The notes: generated by a model from the sequence alone, not told the origin. DNA of 64,000 nucleotides from Gammaproteobacteria bacterium (GCA_050486205.1 JBJHCW010000008.1:5219-69218), one strand, 5' to 3'. Numbered from the stretch's first letter, positions 9,977 through 21,202 are shown. Numbers and translations: made by a program.

Positions 9977-11026
9977 TCAGCCTTCTTTGGCGTAACGTTC
10001 AGCCATCGCCTCCAGACTGTAGATCTTGCCGATACGATCTATCTGACCGGCCGTACCAAATGCTTCCAGTCTGTCCTTGACGATTCCTTTCATGGCTTTT
10101 ATGGTGGGGGTGAGGAATTTGCGCGGATCGAACTCAGCCGGGTTCTCGGCCAGGAACTTGCGAACTGCGCCGGTGGACGCCAGTCGCAGGTCGGTATCGA
10201 TATTGACCTTGCGTACCCCGTGGCGGATGCCTTCCTGAATTTCTTCCACCGGCACACCATAGGTCTCCGGGATTTCACCACCAAACTCATTGATTACCGC
10301 CAGCCATTCCTGCGGCACTGATGAGGAACCGTGCATGACCAGATGCGTATTGGGAATGCGCTGGTGAATTTCCTTGATACGCTTGATGGCCAGGATGTCA
10401 CCTGTGGGCGGACGACTGAATTTATAGGCCCCATGACTGGTACCCACTGCAATGGCCAGTGCGTCCACACCCGTGGCTTTGACAAAATCTGCCGCCTCTT
10501 CCGGGTCGGTCAGCATCTGCTCCATGGACAGCTTGCCCTCGGCGCCAATACCATCTTCCTCTCCGGCCATACCGGTTTCCAGCGAGCCCAGGCAACCGAT
10601 CTCACCTTCCACTGACACACCACAGGCATGGGCCATTTCCACGGTCAGGCGTGTGACCCGTACATTGTAGTCAAAATCGGTTGGTGTCTTGCCGTCCTCT
10701 CCCAGCGAGCCGTCCATCATCACCGAAGAGAAACCCAACTGAATCGACCGCTGACACACTGCCGGGGATACACCGTGATCCTGATGCATGACAATGGGAA
10801 TGTGCGGAAACTCCTCGATGGCCGCTTCAATCATGTGCTTGAGAAATCGCGACCCGGCGTATTTCCGGGCACCGGCAGATGCCTGGAGTATGACAGGACT
10901 GTGCGCTTCGTTGGCAGCTTCCATGATTGCGCGCGTCTGTTCCAGATTGTTCACATTGAATGCCGGCACACCGTAGCCGTGCTCGGCCGCGTGATCCAGC
11001 AACTGTCGTAGACTGATGAGCGCCAT
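9977..11026 (-). CDS. fba: class II fructose-1,6-bisphosphate aldolase
   Basis: 349-aa ORF with N-terminus [29 protein letters not shown] and zinc ligand regions VMHQDHG and [10 protein letters not shown]. It is the last gene of the tkt-epd-pgk-fba block. Confidence 0.93.
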   Translation of the reverse strand: MALISLRQLLDHAAEHGYGVPAFNVNNLEQTRAIMEAANEAHSPVILQASAGARKYAGSRFLKHMIEAAIEEFPHIPIVMHQDHGVSPAVCQRSIQLGFSSVMMDGSLGEDGKTPTDFDYNVRVTRLTVEMAHACGVSVEGEIGCLGSLETGMAGEEDGIGAEGKLSMEQMLTDPEEAADFVKATGVDALAIAVGTSHGAYKFSRPPTGDILAIKRIKEIHQRIPNTHLVMHGSSSVPQEWLAVINEFGGEIPETYGVPVEEIQEGIRHGVRKVNIDTDLRLASTGAVRKFLAENPAEFDPRKFLTPTIKAMKGIVKDRLEAFGTAGQIDRIGKIYSLEAMAERYAKEG

Positions 11027-11085
11027 GTCTTGTACCTCGAATACTGATTTTGTTTATAGAATGTATGGTATTTGTAATGATTTTT

Positions 11086-12255
11086 TCAGCGGTCCAGTAT
11101 CTGCACGGCCGGCAATACATCACCCTGGACAAATTCCAGGAAAGCACCGCCACCGGTAGAAATATAGGACACCTGATCCGTTATGCCAAAAGCATCAATG
11201 GCAGACACTGTCTCGCCACCGCCGGCTATGGAGAATCCGCTGTTGTCGGCAATGGCCCTGGCCACCGCTCGCGTGCCACCGGAGAACTGTTCAAATTCGA
11301 AAACACCCACCGGGCCGTTCCAGATGATGGTTTTCATGCCTGCAATCAGATCAGCAAAGCGTGCCGCCGTTTTGGGCCCTATGTCCAGAATCATGTCCTC
11401 ATCGGTCACATCGGTCACCAGCTTCACAGTGGCTTTGGCATCCGCGGAAAAGGCCGTGGCCACCACCACGTCCTCGGGCAGCGGTATGCTGGTTTTTTCC
11501 ATCAGCATTTTTGCCTTGTCCACCAGGTCTTTCTCCACCAGTGACTTGCCAATCGGGAAACCGGCGGCCAGCAGGAACGTGTTGGCAATGCCACCACCCA
11601 CAATCAGCTGGTCCACCTTGGTGGCCAGACTCTCAAGCACCTGCAGTTTGCTGGAAACCTTGGCGCCGCCCACAATGGCCAGCATCGGCCGTTCGGGCTT
11701 TTCCAGCGCACGGGCCAGGGCATCAAGCTCGGCGGCCAACAGTGGACCGGCGCAGGCTTCAGGTGCATATTTCGCCACCCCGTGCGTGGATGCCTGGGCC
11801 CGGTGTGCGGTGCCAAAGGCATCCATGACAAACACGTCACACAGAGCGGCATAGCGCCGCGCCAGGCTTTCGTCATTTTCTGTCTCGCCAGTATTCACCC
11901 GCACGTTTTCCAGCAGCACCAGCTCACCATCGGGCACCTTGAGATCTTTACCGGCGTCCAGATAATCGTGCACCAGATGCACACGCACGCCCAGCAGTTC
12001 CTGCAGGCGCCTTGCCACCGGCTCCAGCGAGGCCTCGGGCTGTTCGCTGATGGGCTTGCCGGCCTCCGGGCGTCCCAGATGCGACATCACCATGACCCGC
12101 CCCCCGGCGGCCAGCGCCTGCCGGATGGTTGGCAGGCTGGCCACAATGCGTGAATCATTGCCCACCTGTCCGTTTTTCACCGGCACATTCAGGTCCTGGC
12201 GAATCAGCACGCGCTTGTTGCGCAGTGCCATGTCCTGCATTTTGCTGATGCTCAT
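11086..12255 (-). CDS. pgk: phosphoglycerate kinase
   Basis: Motifs [21 protein letters not shown] and [13 protein letters not shown] 12253-12255 (MSISKMQDM...) is preferred; the ORF-track 31-codon extension overlaps the upstream gene. Confidence 0.93.
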   Translation of the reverse strand: MSISKMQDMALRNKRVLIRQDLNVPVKNGQVGNDSRIVASLPTIRQALAAGGRVMVMSHLGRPEAGKPISEQPEASLEPVARRLQELLGVRVHLVHDYLDAGKDLKVPDGELVLLENVRVNTGETENDESLARRYAALCDVFVMDAFGTAHRAQASTHGVAKYAPEACAGPLLAAELDALARALEKPERPMLAIVGGAKVSSKLQVLESLATKVDQLIVGGGIANTFLLAAGFPIGKSLVEKDLVDKAKMLMEKTSIPLPEDVVVATAFSADAKATVKLVTDVTDEDMILDIGPKTAARFADLIAGMKTIIWNGPVGVFEFEQFSGGTRAVARAIADNSGFSIAGGGETVSAIDAFGITDQVSYISTGGGAFLEFVQGDVLPAVQILDR

Positions 12256-12290
12256 GATGTTGGTCCGTACTCCCTGTCCTGCAAGTTGTG

Positions 12291-13310
12291 TCAATCCAGT
12301 TCGCTGATCAATTGTGCCACGTCCAGCATGCGGTTTGCATAGGCCCACTCGTTGTCAAACCAGGCCAGCACCTTGACCAGGCGCGGACCACTGACACGTG
12401 TCTGACTCAGATCGACAATAGCCGATCTGAGGTCATGATTGAAGTCGCAGGAGGCCAGTGGCTCATCGGTGCAGGCCAGCACATTGGGCACCGAGCGTGC
12501 GGCTGCCTCCCGAACCGCCCGGTTGACCGCCTTCATGTCGGTATCAACGGCCACAGTGACAGTCAGATCGATAGCCGAGACATTGACCGTCGGCACCCGC
12601 ATGGCCTGGGCGGTGAAACGCCCGTCAAGATGCGGCAAGATACGGCCAATGCCGCGAGCGATACCGGTATCCACCGGAATGATCGACCGTACGGCACTGC
12701 GGGTCTTGCGCAGATCCTGGTGATGGTAGGCATCAATGACGGGCTGGTCATTCATGGCCGAGTGAATGGTGGTGATCACCCCGTACTCCACACCAAAGGC
12801 CTGGTCCAGACACTGGATCACCGGCACGATGCAATTGGTGGTGCATGAGGCGTTTGAAATGATGTGATGACTACGTTCCAGCGTGTGGTGATTGACACCA
12901 TAAACAATGGTGGCATCCACATCGGCTTGTGCGGGCTGGGAGAACAGCACACGACGCGCGCCCTGCCGCAGGTGACCCTCGGCGCTTGCCCGGTCGTCAA
13001 ATGTGCCACTGCATTCCAGCACAAGATCAATCTCCAGCTCACGCCAGGGCAGATCCGCCACGCGCTCGTGGCTGAGCACACGGATCCGGCGGCCGTTGAT
13101 GACCAGGGTGTCACCGTTATCAACCGTTATCTGCCCCGGAAAACGCCCGTGTGTACTGTCGTAGCGGGTCAGGTGTGCCAGCGTGACAATGTCGGTGACA
13201 TCATTGATGGCAACAATTTCCATGTCCGGAAAAGCGCCGGACTCGAACAGTGCCCGCAGCACACAACGACCGATACGGCCGTACCCGTTGATTGCGACAC
13301 GGTACGTCAT
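12291..13310 (-). CDS. epd: erythrose-4-phosphate dehydrogenase / GAPDH-family dehydrogenase
   Basis: 339-aa ORF with INGYGRIGR, catalytic SNASCTTNC, and the Epd-like segment [19 protein letters not shown]. Position between tkt and pgk matches epd loci. A GAPDH assignment cannot be excluded without a tree. Confidence 0.8.
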   Translation of the reverse strand: MTYRVAINGYGRIGRCVLRALFESGAFPDMEIVAINDVTDIVTLAHLTRYDSTHGRFPGQITVDNGDTLVINGRRIRVLSHERVADLPWRELEIDLVLECSGTFDDRASAEGHLRQGARRVLFSQPAQADVDATIVYGVNHHTLERSHHIISNASCTTNCIVPVIQCLDQAFGVEYGVITTIHSAMNDQPVIDAYHHQDLRKTRSAVRSIIPVDTGIARGIGRILPHLDGRFTAQAMRVPTVNVSAIDLTVTVAVDTDMKAVNRAVREAAARSVPNVLACTDEPLASCDFNHDLRSAIVDLSQTRVSGPRLVKVLAWFDNEWAYANRMLDVAQLISELD

Positions 13311-13343
13311 GAGTGACCCATGGTTAGTATTATGCGTTACGGT

Positions 13344-15347
13344 TTATGCCGACAACAGGACCTTGGCGCGTGCCAGGATGTTGTCAGCGGTGAATCCGAA
13401 CTCCTTCATCAACACACCGCCGGGCGCCGATTCGCCGAAGGTACGCATACCAATGATGTCACCGTCCAGACCAACAAACTTGTACCAGTAATCTGCCGCA
13501 CCCGCTTCCACCGCCAGACGCTTGCGCACGGCGCCGGGCAATACCTGTTCGCGGTAACTCTCATCCTGCGCTTCGAACACGTCCACACTCGGCATGGACA
13601 CCAGGCGCGCCTTGCTGCCCTGTTCATTGAGTTGTTGCACGGCCTCGCGCGCTGGCGCCACTTCCGAGCCGGTGGCAATGACAATGAGCTCGGGTGTGCC
13701 GTCACAATCCTCCAGCACATAGGCGCCGCGTTCAATGCCAGCCAGCTGCTCATCCGTGCGCGCCTGGTGCGGCAGACCCTGACGCGAGAACACCAGTGCC
13801 GTGGGGCCATGCTTGCGCAGCAGAGCCTGTTTCCAGCTTACCGCCGTTTCCACGGCATCACAGGCACGCCACACCGACATGTTCGGGGTCACTCGCAGGT
13901 TGCTCAATTGTTCCACTGGCTGGTGCGTGGGACCGTCCTCGCCCTGACCGATGGAATCGTGGGTGTAGACCAGAATGCTGTGCTGCTTCATCAAGGCTGA
14001 CATACGCACCGCATTGCGCGCGTATTCCATGAAAATCAGGAAGGTGCCGCCGTAAGGAATAAATCCACCGTGCAGGGCGATGCCGTTCATGATCGCGGTC
14101 ATGCCGAACTCGCGCACACCATAGTAGATGTAGTTGCCGTCTTTTTGCTCGGACACCGGGATGCTGCCCTTCCACATGGTCAGGTTGGAGCCGGTCAGGT
14201 CGGCCGAACCACCAATGAGTTCGGGCAACAGCTGACCATAGGCATCCAGGCAGTTCTGTGACGCCTTTCGACTGGCCACATTCTCACCGGCCTGCTGGCA
14301 CTGGCTGATGTAGCGATCGGCTTCCTTTTCAAAGCTCGCCGGCAGCTCACCCTTGAGCCGACGCACCAGCTCCATTGCCAGCTCCGGATGCGCTTCCTCG
14401 TAGCGTGTCAGTTTTTCTTTCCATGCCGACTCTGCAGCAAACCCTTTTTCGCGCGCATCCCACGCCGCGCTGATATGTTCGGGCACCTCAAACGGCGGGT
14501 GCTCCCAGCCCAGCTCCTTGCGGGTCAGGGCCACTTCATCATCACCCAGCGGTGAACCGTGAATGCCTGCGGTCCCTTTTTTGTTGGGTGAACCGAATCC
14601 GATCACCGTGCGGCAGCGGATGATGCTGGGACGTTTTTTCTCCTGCTTTGCTGCGCGAATGGCCTCGGCCACCTGGTCCGGATCGTGTCCGTCCACGGAA
14701 ATCACATGCCAGTCATAGGACTCAAAACGTTGCGCCGTGTCATCGGTAAACCAGCCGTCCACATCCCCATCAATGGAAATGCCATTGTCGTCATAGAACA
14801 TGATCAGCTTGCCAAGCTGCAGGGTGCCGGCCAGCGAGCAGACCTCGTGTGAGACGCCCTCCATCAGGCAGCCGTCGCCGGCAAACACCCAGGTGTAATG
14901 ATCAATCACATCGTGATCCGGGCGGTTGAACTGCGCCGCCAGTGTTTTTTCGGCCAGCGCAAAGCCCACGGCGTTGGCCACGCCCTGACCCAGGGGGCCG
15001 GTGGTGGTTTCCACACCCGGTGTGTAACCGAACTCCGGGTGTCCAGGTGTCTTTGAGTGCAGCTGGCGAAAGTTTCGAAGCTCCTCGATCGGCAGATCGT
15101 AACCACTGAGGTGCAGCAGGGAATAGACCAGCATGGAACCGTGGCCGTTGGAGAGCACAAAGCGATCGCGATTGACCCAGCCCGGATTGACCGGATTGTG
15201 TTTCAGGAAATCATTCCACAAGACCTCGGCAATATCCGCCATGCCCATGGGCGCACCCGGATGCCCGGAGTTGGCTTTCTGTACAGCATCCATGCTCAGG
15301 GCGCGAATGGCGTTGGCGCGTTCACGGCGCGTGGCTCGATCAGTCAT
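13344..15347 (-). CDS. tkt: transketolase
   Basis: 667-aa ORF with N-terminal [14 protein letters not shown] and thiamine-diphosphate motif GDGCLMEG. Confidence 0.95.
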   Translation of the reverse strand: MTDRATRRERANAIRALSMDAVQKANSGHPGAPMGMADIAEVLWNDFLKHNPVNPGWVNRDRFVLSNGHGSMLVYSLLHLSGYDLPIEELRNFRQLHSKTPGHPEFGYTPGVETTTGPLGQGVANAVGFALAEKTLAAQFNRPDHDVIDHYTWVFAGDGCLMEGVSHEVCSLAGTLQLGKLIMFYDDNGISIDGDVDGWFTDDTAQRFESYDWHVISVDGHDPDQVAEAIRAAKQEKKRPSIIRCRTVIGFGSPNKKGTAGIHGSPLGDDEVALTRKELGWEHPPFEVPEHISAAWDAREKGFAAESAWKEKLTRYEEAHPELAMELVRRLKGELPASFEKEADRYISQCQQAGENVASRKASQNCLDAYGQLLPELIGGSADLTGSNLTMWKGSIPVSEQKDGNYIYYGVREFGMTAIMNGIALHGGFIPYGGTFLIFMEYARNAVRMSALMKQHSILVYTHDSIGQGEDGPTHQPVEQLSNLRVTPNMSVWRACDAVETAVSWKQALLRKHGPTALVFSRQGLPHQARTDEQLAGIERGAYVLEDCDGTPELIVIATGSEVAPAREAVQQLNEQGSKARLVSMPSVDVFEAQDESYREQVLPGAVRKRLAVEAGAADYWYKFVGLDGDIIGMRTFGESAPGGVLMKEFGFTADNILARAKVLLSA

Positions 15348-15449
15348 GGGTCGGGAGCTCCTGTCGGGGGGACGGCTTGTTCGGAAAGGGCGTATTTTCC
15401 CGCATTACGCCTCAGGATGCCAGTGCAGGGGAGCCTTGATGAGCTGCGA

Positions 15450-16775
15450 TCAGCGCATCTCCAGTCGCAGGTGCTGCTGCACATGATGGCGCCACACGTC
15501 CGGCACACCTGCCTTGCTGGCATAGTCCGGCCAGCGCCGCAGCACGGCAGCGACCTCTTCAAGGATCTGCCCGGCACGCCCCCGTTTCATGGATGCGGTG
15601 GCAGCACAGGCGCGCAGGTCATCCAGACTGAAATCTTCGCGCTTGCCATTGACCGACATCTGGTGACGGGCAGTCCATGCGCCCTGCGGGTTGTAGCTGA
15701 ATGTCAGATCAAAAGCCGGCGACAGGGACCACTGGCCCGACTGGTCCATCAGAAAAGCAATGTTCTTGGTGTGATCATCCTGGTTGCGGGCCACAATATT
15801 AAAAACCATGCGGCGAAACTGCTGTTCGATCTCCGACATTGACAGGCCCAGGCGTCGCATCACCAGCAGCGCCTGCTCATAACTCCATGCCCCGGCCGCG
15901 TTGTAGTCCATGTGTGCCATCGCGCAAAGAGACTGCATGTGCAACTTGCCACCATCGGCGGTGCGATCGAAGCGCCGGGTCATGAAATGTTGCCGCCCGC
16001 CTTCGGCCAGCAGCCGACAGGGCGTCATGACAATACCGGCATCACGGGCCATCAATGAGTAAGCGTATTCAATCAGGCCATAACCCTGGGGGTCGTTCAG
16101 TTCCCGATCGCGATTGCCGCTGACACCGTCGAACTTGAGCAGCCAGTGCTCGAATCCCTCGCCCGCATCCAGTTGGCCCGAACGCACTTCGCCGGTTTCG
16201 GGATGCCAGGCGATGACTGCCTTGGCCCGGGCGCCGCCGGCCGAGGTGCCCACGCGCAGAATGTCACGCATGCCACTCTGCGCCCGACGGTCATCCAGCG
16301 AGACCTGAAGCGCCTGACGCTGTGACAGGATGTCCGACGCCAGGGCTACCAACTGGTCAATCTGCAGGCTGCGCGCCTCGGTCGCCCGCGGGCCGGTGAC
16401 CGGCGCAAACTCAAGCGCGCCCATGCCCCGACGCCCGGTGTAACAAAGTCGTTCCACGGCATTGAAAGACGCCGGCGTGCGGCCCTGGCTGGCCAGCCAG
16501 GCATCAATCAGTGCATTGCCAAAACGATCCGGCAAGGCGTCAGCGAGCAGGCCGGGCAGGCCGTGAAAAGCGGCAGGGGGCAGATCCGGGAAACGGAAAA
16601 TTCGCTGTGCGGCCGGGGCCTGCGCCGCCGGCAAAGGCATGGTCAGCGGTGCGACCTGAATGCCACTGCGGGCAAAGGCCGGATCGTATTCGAATGTCGC
16701 CACCTGCTCGTCCGGCGCCAGAGCAATCGCCCCGATGGTACGCCCCCACAGACGCACTTCGGCAAGACTGGTCAT
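15450..16775 (-). CDS. hipA: HipA-family type II toxin (Ser/Thr kinase)
   Basis: 441-aa ORF with a HipA N-terminal coupling domain (EVRLWGRTIGAI) and kinase catalytic loop NQDDHTKNIAFL. Its ATG overlaps the hipB stop (ATGA at 16772-16775). Confidence 0.88.
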   Translation of the reverse strand: MTSLAEVRLWGRTIGAIALAPDEQVATFEYDPAFARSGIQVAPLTMPLPAAQAPAAQRIFRFPDLPPAAFHGLPGLLADALPDRFGNALIDAWLASQGRTPASFNAVERLCYTGRRGMGALEFAPVTGPRATEARSLQIDQLVALASDILSQRQALQVSLDDRRAQSGMRDILRVGTSAGGARAKAVIAWHPETGEVRSGQLDAGEGFEHWLLKFDGVSGNRDRELNDPQGYGLIEYAYSLMARDAGIVMTPCRLLAEGGRQHFMTRRFDRTADGGKLHMQSLCAMAHMDYNAAGAWSYEQALLVMRRLGLSMSEIEQQFRRMVFNIVARNQDDHTKNIAFLMDQSGQWSLSPAFDLTFSYNPQGAWTARHQMSVNGKREDFSLDDLRACAATASMKRGRAGQILEEVAAVLRRWPDYASKAGVPDVWRHHVQQHLRLEMR

Positions 16776-17164
16776 GATTCATCCTCAGCCCAGTGCCACT
16801 CCGATGCCGCCTCACCGGAGGCCGTCTCACCGGAGCCCGTCTCAGTTGAGGCCGGTCGGCGCCGGGCACGTTGACGGGGCTTGCCCTGGGAGCGGATCAG
16901 CTGCATCGGGCTTGGGCCAAGCGGCGGCACCAGTTGCGCCAGCCCCGGCAGCAGGCCAAGCACACGCAAGACCCGCACCAGGCTGGTGGTCTGACTGGTC
17001 TCACCAGCCTCCATCCGTTCAATGGTTCGCTTGGAAACACCTGCCTGTTCTGCCAGCATGGCCTGGGTCAGGTCATTGGCAATCCGGTGCCGGGCCAGTC
17101 CCTCACCCAGACGGGCAAGCACCTCATCGTCTGTATACAGCTTGTACTCATGCATTTTGTTCAT
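16772..17164 (-). CDS. hipB: HipB-like XRE-family HTH antitoxin
   Basis: 130-aa ORF with HTH LTQAMLAEQAGVSKRTIERMEAG and a long acidic C-terminal tail ending EWHWAEDES. It is translationally coupled to hipA. Confidence 0.82.
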   Translation of the reverse strand: MNKMHEYKLYTDDEVLARLGEGLARHRIANDLTQAMLAEQAGVSKRTIERMEAGETSQTTSLVRVLRVLGLLPGLAQLVPPLGPSPMQLIRSQGKPRQRARRRPASTETGSGETASGEAASEWHWAEDES

Positions 17165-17170
17165 GGCGTT

Positions 17171-17296
17171 CAGATGTCAGATGTCAGATGTCAGATGTCA
17201 GATGTCAGATGTCAGATGTCAGATGTCAGATGTCAGATGTCAGATGTCAGATGTCAGATGTCAGATGTCAGATGTCAGATGTCAGATGTCAGATGT
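17171..17296. repeat. perfect heptanucleotide microsatellite (CAGATGT)x18
   Basis: 126 nt of uninterrupted 7-nt periodicity counted directly. It starts 6 nt upstream of the hipB ATG (17164). Confidence 0.99.
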
Positions 17297-17495
17297 TGGC
17301 ATGATTTTCGTCTTAAATGTCGATTTAATCGATTATTATGCCTATATTCGTCATATATTGCGATATATAAAGATATATAAAGATATTATTTTGTCGTCAT
17401 ACTTTACGATATATGGCATATTATACTTATATTTCGCATTATATTACGACTAAATATGGTTTTTGATTCATTCAGGGCATCACCAGAAGCAAAGC
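17297..17495. other. AT-rich structured spacer between hipBA and sahR
   Basis: There are 29 G+C in the 120 nt 17341-17460 (24 percent). It contains palindrome TCGATTTAATCGA (17320-17332), tandem GATATATAAA x2 (17362-17381), and the direct repeat CGTCATA-N5-CGATATAT at 17349-17368 and 17395-17414. Confidence 0.9.
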
Positions 17496-17511
17496 ATCAA
17501 AATATTTTGAT
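17496..17511. promoter_or_regulatory. 16-bp perfect palindrome ATCAAAATATTTTGAT, candidate SahR/ArsR-type operator
   Basis: The sequence is self-complementary as read directly. It overlaps the predicted -35 of the sahR promoter, 54 nt upstream of the sahR ATG. Confidence 0.55.
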
Positions 17512-17534
17512 ATAGATAAAATAATTGGTATAGT
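17507..17534 (+). promoter_or_regulatory. sigma70-type promoter of sahR-metK operon
   Basis: -35 TTGATA (17507-17512), 16-nt spacer, and an extended -10 TGgTATAGT (17526-17534), about 30 nt upstream of ATG 17565. Confidence 0.55.
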
Positions 17535-17564
17535 GCGCGCCTCGACACACAATGATCCAGGGCC

Positions 17565-18575
17565 ATGAACACGATTGCCGCAGCCAGGGCTGACAGGAAC
17601 ACACACACCGGGACCCCGGTCAACGGCGCGCTCGCACAGTTGTGCAAGGCGCTTGCTGATCCGCTGCGCCTGGACATCCTGCGCCTGCTGCGAACCGAAT
17701 CCTTCGGCGTGCTGGAAATCAGCCGCATCACCGGTGTGCGCCAATCGGCACTGAGCCACCACCTGAAGGTACTGGCCACCGCGGGCCTGGTGTCCACCCG
17801 CCGGGAAGGCAACAGCATCTTCTATCGCCGCGCACTGCTGCTCGGCGAAGATCATTACCTGGCCATGAAACGCGCAGCATTCAACACCATCGACAACCTG
17901 GCATTGAACGAGGATCTGGCCGCGGGCATTCGGCAGGTGCAGCGCGAGCGCTCCGAACAGTCACTGGAGTACTTTGCCCGGAACGTCGAGCGTTTCCGGG
18001 AGAATCAGGAGCTGGTGAGTCCCTACGAACAGTACGAGGACACGCTGCACAAACTGCTGGATGACCTCAACCTGTCACGCAGCAGCCAGGTGCTGGAAGT
18101 CGGGCCCGGCGAAGGCGCTTTACTGGGACAACTGGCACAACGATTCGACGCGGTGACCGCGCTGGACAACTCGCTGGACATGCTGAACCGCGCTCGACGC
18201 GCCATCGAGGCACAGGGCCTGGACAATGTGGCGTTCGTACACGGCGACACCGAAGTGGCGGTGGCGCAGGCACTGCGCTGCGACCTGCTGGTCTGCAACA
18301 TGGTGCTTCACCATATCCCGTCTCCGGCCGATGCATTGCATGATTGCGCCCGGCTTCTGCAGCCCGGCGCCCGTATGTTACTGATCGATCTGAGCAGCCA
18401 CGACCAGGACTGGGTCCGCCAGGCCTGCGGTGATCTCTGGCTTGGCTTTGACACTGAAGACCTGGATGTATGGGCGGCCCGGGCCGGCCTCGCATCCGCA
18501 CAATCCATGTATCTGGGGCTGCGCAACGGCTTCCAGATACAGATACGTATTTTTATCAAACCTGAACAGGAATAA
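17565..18575 (+). CDS. sahR: ArsR-type wHTH fused to SAM-methyltransferase-like domain (SahR-like methyl-cycle regulator)
   Basis: 336-aa ORF with an N-terminal ArsR/SmtB HTH ([27 protein letters not shown]) and a C-terminal class I MTase motif I ([11 protein letters not shown]). It ends 5 nt upstream of metK. Confidence 0.7.
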   Translation: MNTIAAARADRNTHTGTPVNGALAQLCKALADPLRLDILRLLRTESFGVLEISRITGVRQSALSHHLKVLATAGLVSTRREGNSIFYRRALLLGEDHYLAMKRAAFNTIDNLALNEDLAAGIRQVQRERSEQSLEYFARNVERFRENQELVSPYEQYEDTLHKLLDDLNLSRSSQVLEVGPGEGALLGQLAQRFDAVTALDNSLDMLNRARRAIEAQGLDNVAFVHGDTEVAVAQALRCDLLVCNMVLHHIPSPADALHDCARLLQPGARMLLIDLSSHDQDWVRQACGDLWLGFDTEDLDVWAARAGLASAQSMYLGLRNGFQIQIRIFIKPEQE

Positions 18576-18580
18576 CCCTC

Positions 18581-19741
18581 ATGACAACAACCCGTCTCTT
18601 CACCTCCGAATCCGTTTCCGAAGGCCATCCGGACAAGATTGCCGATCAGATCTCCGATGCGGTGCTGGACTCGTTGCTGAAACAGGACCCGAAAGCGCGT
18701 GTGGCCTGCGAAACCCTGATCAAGACCGGCATGGTGATTGTTGCCGGCGAGGTCACCACCAGCGGTTATGTGGATCTGGAAGAAATCGCGCGCAAGGTTG
18801 TTGTCGACATCGGCTATGACCATTCGGACAAGGGTTTTGACGGCCATTCCTGCGCGGTACTCAATGGCATTGGCAAACAGTCCTCGGACATTGCCCAGGG
18901 CGTGGACGAGTCGGCGGAAAAAGAGCAGGGCGCGGGCGACCAGGGCCTGATGTTCGGTTACGCCAGCAACGAGACCGACGTATTGATGCCGGCGCCGATC
19001 ACCTACTCACACCGGCTGGTCAAGCGCCAGGCCGAGGTGCGCAAGAACGGCATGCTGCCATGGCTGCGTCCGGATGCAAAGAGCCAGCTCACCTTCCGTT
19101 ACCAGGACGGTAAACCGGTCGGCGTTGAGGCCGTGGTGCTGTCCACACAACACGATCCGGAAATCGAACAGGCAACGCTGCACGAAGCCGTGATGGAAGA
19201 GATCATCAAGCCTGTGCTGCCGGCCGAGTGGCTGGACAAGAACACCAAGTACTTTATCAACCCCACCGGGCGCTTTGTTATCGGTGGCCCCTTTGGTGAT
19301 TGCGGACTCACCGGTCGTAAAATCATCGTGGACACCTACGGTGGCATGGCACGTCACGGTGGTGGCGCCTTCTCAGGCAAGGACCCCTCCAAGGTGGATC
19401 GCTCAGCCGCCTACGCTGCGCGTTACGTTGCCAAGAACCTGGTTGCCGCCGGCATTGCCGATCGCTGCGAAGTACAGCTCTCCTACGCCATCGGTGTGGC
19501 CGAGCCCACCTCAATCAGTGTGGAGACCTTCGGCACCGGACAGATCAGCGAAGAGCGTATTGTTGAGCTGGTTCGCAAGCACTTTGAACTGCGACCCAAG
19601 GGCCTGATCGCCATGCTGAATCTGATTCGGCCGATCTACCTGCCTACAGCTGCTTACGGGCATTTTGGCCGTAATCAAGAGAATTTCACCTGGGAGCGCA
19701 CCGACAAGGCCGACGCGCTGCGCGCCGATGCCGGGCTCTGA
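18581..19741 (+). CDS. metK: S-adenosylmethionine synthetase
   Basis: 386-aa ORF with [18 protein letters not shown] and [12 protein letters not shown]. Confidence 0.96.
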   Translation: MTTTRLFTSESVSEGHPDKIADQISDAVLDSLLKQDPKARVACETLIKTGMVIVAGEVTTSGYVDLEEIARKVVVDIGYDHSDKGFDGHSCAVLNGIGKQSSDIAQGVDESAEKEQGAGDQGLMFGYASNETDVLMPAPITYSHRLVKRQAEVRKNGMLPWLRPDAKSQLTFRYQDGKPVGVEAVVLSTQHDPEIEQATLHEAVMEEIIKPVLPAEWLDKNTKYFINPTGRFVIGGPFGDCGLTGRKIIVDTYGGMARHGGGAFSGKDPSKVDRSAAYAARYVAKNLVAAGIADRCEVQLSYAIGVAEPTSISVETFGTGQISEERIVELVRKHFELRPKGLIAMLNLIRPIYLPTAAYGHFGRNQENFTWERTDKADALRADAGL

Positions 19742-19744
19742 GTT

Positions 19745-19779
19745 CAGAGGGCAGAGGGCAGATGACAGATGACAGATAG
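19745..19779. repeat. 5 x 7-nt tandem array CAGAGGG CAGAGGG CAGATGA CAGATGA CAGATAG
   Basis: Read directly. It begins 3 nt after the metK stop codon and has the same CAGAKGN heptamer family as the x18 array at 17171. Confidence 0.9.
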
Positions 19780-19806
19780 CACATTTTGAATCATGAGGTT
19801 AGTGAT

Positions 19807-21192
19807 ATGTTGACGAAAACGGAAGATTACAAGGTAGCTGATATCAATCTGGCCGATTACGGCCGCAAGGAAGTTGAGCTTGCACAGAACGAAATGCCCG
19901 CACTCATGGCGCTGCGTGAAAAATACGCCGCTGAACAGCCGCTGGCCGGCGCAAAGATCCTGGGCTGCATCCACATGACCATACAGACCGCCGTGTTGAT
20001 CGAAACACTGGTTGAGCTGGGCGCGGAAGTGCGCTGGTCCTCGTGCAATATTTTCTCCACACAGGACCATGCTGCGGCCTATATTGCCGCCAGGGGCATT
20101 GCAGTTTATGCATGGAAAGGGCAGACCGAAGAGGAAGGCGAGTGGTGCATTGAGCAGACCATTCTCAAGGACGGCCAGCCCTGGGATGCCAACATGATTC
20201 TGGACGATGGCGGCGATCTCACCGGCATGGTGCATGACAAGTACCCGCAGCTGCTGGACCACATCCATGGCATCACCGAGGAAACCACCACCGGTGTGCA
20301 CCGCCTGCTGGACATGCTGGAAAAAGGCACACTCAAGGTGCCCGCGATCAACGTCAACGACTCGGTGACCAAGTCCAAGAACGACAACAAGTACGGTTGT
20401 CGTCACAGTCTCAACGACGGCATCAAGCGTGGCACCGACATGCTGCTGTCCGGCAAGCAGGCACTGGTGATCGGTTATGGTGATGTGGGCAAGGGTTCTG
20501 CGCAGAGTCTGCGACAGGAAGGCATGATTGTGCGCATTGCCGAGATCGATCCGATCTGCGCCATGCAGGCCTGCATGGACGGTTTTGAAGTGGTGTCTCC
20601 CTACAGGGGCGGCAACAATACCGGTAAGCTGCAAGACATCGACACCGATCTGCTTGGCAAGACCGACCTGATTGTCACCGCCACCGGCAACATCGATGTC
20701 TGTGACAGGAACATGCTGCAAGTGGTCAAACGTGGCGCCATCATCTGCAACATCGGTCACTTTGACAACGAAATCGATACCCGGTACATGCGTGATAACT
20801 GGCACTGGGAAGAAGTAAAACCCCAGGTGCACCGTATCTACCGCGGTGATCCGAAGACCGAGCGCGACAACTATCTGCTGCTGCTGTCCGAAGGTCGACT
20901 GATCAACCTCGGCAATGCAACCGGGCACCCATCGCGCATCATGGATGGCTCCTTTGCCAATCAGGTACTGGCACAGATCTATCTGTACGAGCGCCGTTTT
21001 GCCGACCAGCCCGAAACCACCAAACAGGAACTGCTCAGCGTTCGTGTGTTGCCCAAACATCTGGACGAGGAAGTGGCGGCCCTGATGGTAGGCGGCTTCG
21101 GTGGTGTACTGACAAAACTTCGCAAGGACCAGGCCGACTACATTCATGTGAAAGTGGACGGGCCGTTCAAACCGGACAGCTACAAATACTGA
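19807..21192 (+). CDS. ahcY: adenosylhomocysteinase
   Basis: Motifs [15 protein letters not shown] and NAD fold [15 protein letters not shown] 19807, preceded by GAGG at 19795-19798, is preferred over the TTG at 19786 in the ORF track. Confidence 0.95.
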   Translation: MLTKTEDYKVADINLADYGRKEVELAQNEMPALMALREKYAAEQPLAGAKILGCIHMTIQTAVLIETLVELGAEVRWSSCNIFSTQDHAAAYIAARGIAVYAWKGQTEEEGEWCIEQTILKDGQPWDANMILDDGGDLTGMVHDKYPQLLDHIHGITEETTTGVHRLLDMLEKGTLKVPAINVNDSVTKSKNDNKYGCRHSLNDGIKRGTDMLLSGKQALVIGYGDVGKGSAQSLRQEGMIVRIAEIDPICAMQACMDGFEVVSPYRGGNNTGKLQDIDTDLLGKTDLIVTATGNIDVCDRNMLQVVKRGAIICNIGHFDNEIDTRYMRDNWHWEEVKPQVHRIYRGDPKTERDNYLLLLSEGRLINLGNATGHPSRIMDGSFANQVLAQIYLYERRFADQPETTKQELLSVRVLPKHLDEEVAALMVGGFGGVLTKLRKDQADYIHVKVDGPFKPDSYKY

Positions 21193-21202
21193 GCAGGCAA
21201 TC

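Noticed and set aside
17171-17296. CRISPR array
   Set aside because: The units are only 7 nt long and contiguous, with no spacers, and no cas genes are nearby. The same applies to the 12- and 13-nt arrays.
16660-17453. Three plus-strand ORFs encoding MSDVRCQ heptapeptide repeats
   Set aside because: They are artefacts of the (CAGATGT)x18 array, which lacks stop codons in all three plus frames. They are antisense to hipB or run into AT-rich non-coding DNA.
19742-19806. SAH riboswitch upstream of ahcY (common in beta/gammaproteobacteria)
   Set aside because: The spacer is only about 65 nt and is mostly occupied by heptamer repeats. I could not find the conserved SAH-element helices or pseudoknot sequence.
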